From: an uncultured Bacteroidota bacterium
Lineage (GTDB): Bacteria; Bacteroidota; Bacteroidia; Bacteroidales; FEN-979
Length of the DNA: 64,000 nucleotides
Assembly (NCBI GenBank): GCA_937900965.1
Contig: CALCGJ010000031.1
Span: forward strand, 17,341 to 81,340
Direction of reading: 5' to 3'
How positions within the stretch are numbered: the first letter of the stretch is position 1; each line of letters opens with the position of its first letter. Under the pieces are notes generated by a model, which had not been told where the DNA came from, made no database searches, and was given only the letters and a program-made list of their open reading frames with translations. The translations under genes and the position numbers were made by a program. Positions 60,698 through 64,000 of this stretch are shown here, piece after piece.

Positions 60698-63600
60698 CTA
60701 CAACAATTTATACAACGCCCGATTCTCTCTTTCGTAATAGCCATTCTGATCACCCTGGTAGGTGTGCTGAGCCTGATGGTCCTTCCTGTCGCACAATATC
60801 CTGATGTTGTTCCGCCTACGGTCCAGGTAACGGCTTATTACCCTGGCGCCAGCGCTGAGGTGGTGCAAAAGACTGTTGCAGTCCCTCTGGAGGAACAGAT
60901 CAACGGTGTGGAGAACATGATGTACATGACTTCCCAATGTGCCAACGACGGATCCTGTAACATCACCGTCTATTTCGAAGTGGGGACAGATCCTGATATG
61001 GCAACGGTTAACACCCAGAATCGTGCACAACGTGCGTTTAGTGTACTGCCTGCTGCAGTTACACAGGGAGGGGTGATCGTTATGAAACGAAATCCGAGTA
61101 TCCTTATGCTCTATGCACTTACTTCGACGGATACTTCGTACAATTTTGAATTTCTGTCCAACTATGCCCAGATCAATATTGTCAATACGATGAAGCGTAT
61201 TGAGGGTGTAGGGGATGTATCTCTGCTCGGGGGTGACGACTATGCCATGCGCATCTGGCTCAACCCCGACCGGATGGCCGGTCTCAGTATCACTACCGAT
61301 GATGTAGCCAGCGCTATAATGGATCAGAACCTGGAAGCAGCTGCCGGGGCTATCGGCAAAAATCCAGCTATCCCCGGACAGGAACTCGCCTATATCATTC
61401 GGGCTGAAGGCAGGTTACAATCTATTGAGGAGTTTAACAACATCATCATCAAAACAAAAATTGACGGCTCCATCGTGCGGATGGAAGATATTGCCAGGGT
61501 AGAACTTGGGCTGAAAACATACGATGTTCGTACCCGATTCAATCAAAAGCCCTCCCCTTTCATTGCTGTATACCAGTCACCCGGATCCAATGCAACCCAG
61601 ATACGGGCAGATTGTGACGCAATGATGATGAGTCTGGCCAGCCAGTTTCCGCCCGGACTGGAGTATGAGATAGGGCTCGACACGGTTGAATTTGTGGATG
61701 CATCTGTCCATGATGTACTGAAGACACTTCTTGAAGCATTTATACTTGTTTTTCTCGTCGTCTTCATCTTTCTCCAGGATTGGCGGGCAACCCTGATTCC
61801 TGCCGTTACTGTACCTGTCTCCCTGATTGGTGCATTAGCTGCATTCTCGCTTTTCGGCTTTTCGATCAATATGCTTACCCTCTTTGCACTGGTATTGGCT
61901 ATCGGCATCGTGGTGGATGACGCGATTGTGGTCCTTGAGGCGGTGCAGGAGAAGATAGATGAACATGGAATGAGTCCGCTGGAGGCCACCCGAGAGACCA
62001 TGAAAGAGATCGCTCCGGCGATCTTCACCATCACCCTGGTTCTTTCTGCGGTCTTTATCCCAGTATCGTTCCTTGGAGGAACCACCGGGCAAATGTATAA
62101 ACAGTTCGCACTCACCCTCACCTCCTCGATCGTCATATCCGGATTGCTTGCACTTACCTTAAGTCCGGCGATGTGTGTCCTGCTTCTGAAGCCGAAACCT
62201 GAACGAAAAGGGCTGATCGGTAAATTCTTCGATGGATTTGACAGAGGATTCAATTACACGACAAATAAATACATCGCTATTGTAAACAACTTCCTGCATC
62301 ACATCAGCAGACCTCTCATTTTCCTTGGGATAGTCACCATCCTGGTAGTGGTTGTCATGAAGCTCCTGCCAACCGGATTTTTACCTGAAGAAGACCAGGG
62401 GTATTTCTTTGTCAATGTGATCTCTCCTAAAGGGGTCTCGCTACAGATGACCGACCAGGTGATGCATAGTATTGAAAAAATACTTGAAGAGACTCCGGGT
62501 GTTCAGTCCTACTCCTCCGTCCCGGGGTACAGCATCCTTGACGGGACCGTGAGTACCACGAGTGGAGCGGTCTTTGTCAAACTCCTCCCGTGGGATCAGC
62601 GAACGAAAGATTCGTTGCAAGTGGAGTCGATCATCGCCAGGTTACAGACGAAACTTAACCAAATCCCTAACGGAATTTGTATGGCATTCAATGCACCTGC
62701 AATCTCCGGTTTGGGAACCACCGGAGGTCTTGAGTTACAGTTGGAAGACAAGATCGGCGCCGGTCTGGATAAACTGGCAGAGGTTACAACTAATTTTGCA
62801 GTAGCAGCCATGCAGAACAAAACGCTTTCTAATGTATTCACCGGTTTCCGGGTCGATATCCCACAATATTTCCTTACGGTAAATAAAGATAAAGCCAAAA
62901 CGATGGGGGTCCCGGTCAGTGATATCTACGGTGCTCTCCAGGCCCAGTTCGGAAGCCTCTATATCAACGATTACAACCAATTTGGAAAGTCCTACAGGGT
63001 GATTATTCAGGCCGATGCGGTCTACCGGTCCAACCCCGAAGATGTGAACCTGATCTATGTCAGGTCCAGCAGGGGTGACATGGTGCCACTGGGGACACTT
63101 GTCAGCCTTGAACCGATTGAAGGCCCGGATGTGGTGAGGCGGTTCAACCTCTTTAGCTCTTCCAGTTTTACTATTGCACCTGCACCTGGATACTCATCCG
63201 GACAGGCTATCGAAGCTGTTGCAGAGATAGCAAAAACGACTTTGCCTTTCGGATTTGGTTACGAATATTCGGGACTGACACGACAGGAGTTGATTGCAGG
63301 AAACCAGGCCCCGTTTGTTTTTGCACTCTGTTTCGTCTTTGTCTACCTGCTCCTGGCTGCCAAATATGAGAGCTGGTTCCTTCCGATACCCATCCTGCTT
63401 GCAATGCCTTTCGGCATCTTAGGCGCTTTCGGATTGCAGTGGATAAGTGGTTTGCAGAACAACATTTACGCACAAATCGGACTGATCATGCTGATCGGAC
63501 TGGTGGCAAAGAACGCCATTCTCATTATCGAATATGCCAGGCAAAAGCATGAAGAGGGCATGGATCTGATCAAAGCCGCTGAAGTAGCTGCGCGGCTCCG

Positions 63601-63859
63601 TTTCAGGCCTATCCTGATGACCTCTTTCGCTTTCATCCTGGGTGTGGTACCATTGGTTATTGCAGGTGGAGCCGGTGCTGCCAGCAGGCATGCACTCGGA
63701 ACCTCAGTGTTTGGCGGAATGCTGTTGGCCACTATCTGCGGTGTCCTTGTGGTACCTGCTCTCTATGTGGTATTTCAGCGACTTGAGAATTGGATAAAGG
63801 GTAAGGGTCAAGGGTCGAGGGTCGAGGGTCAAGAAAAAAATGGCAATTCATGGCAATAA
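60695..63859 (+). CDS. Efflux RND transporter permease (HAE1/AcrB family) with a ~20-aa repeat-encoded C-terminal tail
   Basis: The N-terminus is FIQRPILSFVIAILITLVG. It is 12-TM and about 1035 aa of AcrB-type sequence (…VVDDAIVVLE…, …GLVAKNAILIIEYA…). The tail KGKGQGSRVEGQEKNGNSWQ is encoded by the heptamers. Confidence 0.92.
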   Translation: MLQQFIQRPILSFVIAILITLVGVLSLMVLPVAQYPDVVPPTVQVTAYYPGASAEVVQKTVAVPLEEQINGVENMMYMTSQCANDGSCNITVYFEVGTDPDMATVNTQNRAQRAFSVLPAAVTQGGVIVMKRNPSILMLYALTSTDTSYNFEFLSNYAQINIVNTMKRIEGVGDVSLLGGDDYAMRIWLNPDRMAGLSITTDDVASAIMDQNLEAAAGAIGKNPAIPGQELAYIIRAEGRLQSIEEFNNIIIKTKIDGSIVRMEDIARVELGLKTYDVRTRFNQKPSPFIAVYQSPGSNATQIRADCDAMMMSLASQFPPGLEYEIGLDTVEFVDASVHDVLKTLLEAFILVFLVVFIFLQDWRATLIPAVTVPVSLIGALAAFSLFGFSINMLTLFALVLAIGIVVDDAIVVLEAVQEKIDEHGMSPLEATRETMKEIAPAIFTITLVLSAVFIPVSFLGGTTGQMYKQFALTLTSSIVISGLLALTLSPAMCVLLLKPKPERKGLIGKFFDGFDRGFNYTTNKYIAIVNNFLHHISRPLIFLGIVTILVVVVMKLLPTGFLPEEDQGYFFVNVISPKGVSLQMTDQVMHSIEKILEETPGVQSYSSVPGYSILDGTVSTTSGAVFVKLLPWDQRTKDSLQVESIIARLQTKLNQIPNGICMAFNAPAISGLGTTGGLELQLEDKIGAGLDKLAEVTTNFAVAAMQNKTLSNVFTGFRVDIPQYFLTVNKDKAKTMGVPVSDIYGALQAQFGSLYINDYNQFGKSYRVIIQADAVYRSNPEDVNLIYVRSSRGDMVPLGTLVSLEPIEGPDVVRRFNLFSSSSFTIAPAPGYSSGQAIEAVAEIAKTTLPFGFGYEYSGLTRQELIAGNQAPFVFALCFVFVYLLLAAKYESWFLPIPILLAMPFGILGAFGLQWISGLQNNIYAQIGLIMLIGLVAKNAILIIEYARQKHEEGMDLIKAAEVAARLRFRPILMTSFAFILGVVPLVIAGGAGAASRHALGTSVFGGMLLATICGVLVVPALYVVFQRLENWIKGKGQGSRVEGQEKNGNSWQ
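63797..63838. repeat. Heptanucleotide array AAGGGTA AGGGTCA AGGGTCG AGGGTCG AGGGTCA AGAAAAA, followed by ~10-nt repeats (ATGGCAATTC-type, 63839..63880)
   Basis: Read directly. Confidence 0.9.
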
Positions 63860-63870
63860 ATGTACAATTC

Positions 63871-64000
63871 ATGGTAAATAAAAAATATTCTTCAAAATTT
63901 CTGGTATATAGTTTACTGCTTCTCTTCATTGCCGGTTGCAAGGTGGGTCCGAACTACAAGCGGCCGGATATTGATACTGGGAAAGAGTTTCGGTTTTCCG
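63871..64000 (+). CDS. Efflux transporter outer-membrane factor lipoprotein (NodT/TolC family), 5' part only; runs off the window
   Basis: Hand translation gives MVNKKYSSKFLVYSLLLLFIAGC|KVGPNYKRPDIDTGKEFRFS. This has a lipobox and the characteristic C-x-VGP-x-Y-x-RP start of NodT-family OMFs. Confidence 0.75.
   Translation, partial: MVNKKYSSKFLVYSLLLLFIAGCKVGPNYKRPDIDTGKEFRFS

Overview
This 64-kb window looks like a chromosomal segment of a Bacteroidota genome. The evidence is five type-A T9SS C-terminal sorting domains, a SusC/SusD pair, PorP/SprF, a DUF3078 protein, and TAnnTTTG -7 boxes about 15-30 nt upstream of several starts. I call about 40 genes and one tRNA. From left to right they are: a MEMO-AMMECR1 fusion; a minus-strand block of AddB-like nuclease, MurU-like nucleotidyltransferase, AmgK-like kinase fused to a RapZ C-terminal domain, and AddA-like helicase-nuclease; a T9SS cargo protein; tamB; tsaD; membrane and outer-membrane proteins; an HSL-type esterase; a flavodiiron protein; parC; tRNA-Arg(UCU); PorP/SprF plus an OmpA-family protein; a roughly 25-kb starch/alpha-glucan utilisation locus (five GH13, one GH77, two SLC45-like MFS transporters, susC/susD, three further T9SS cargo proteins and a KilA-N gene fragment); pepE with a 900-aa helical-repeat protein; and an RND efflux operon (MFP, permease, start of the outer-membrane factor). 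Two things stand out. (1) Almost every gene boundary carries short repeats: tandem heptanucleotide arrays (plus some 8- to 10-mers), a dispersed 25-nt element (AAGTCCCCTTCAGGGGATTTAGGGG), and a family of perfect palindromic hairpins. Many of these are read through in frame, which creates repeat-encoded protein tails, an insertion inside tsaD, and the linker of a two-domain fusion. (2) In the alpha-glucan locus, the secreted amylase, the glycan-binding proteins and the esterase carry T9SS sorting domains rather than Sus-type lipoprotein signals. All functional calls rest on motif-level reading of the supplied translations. No database search was run.
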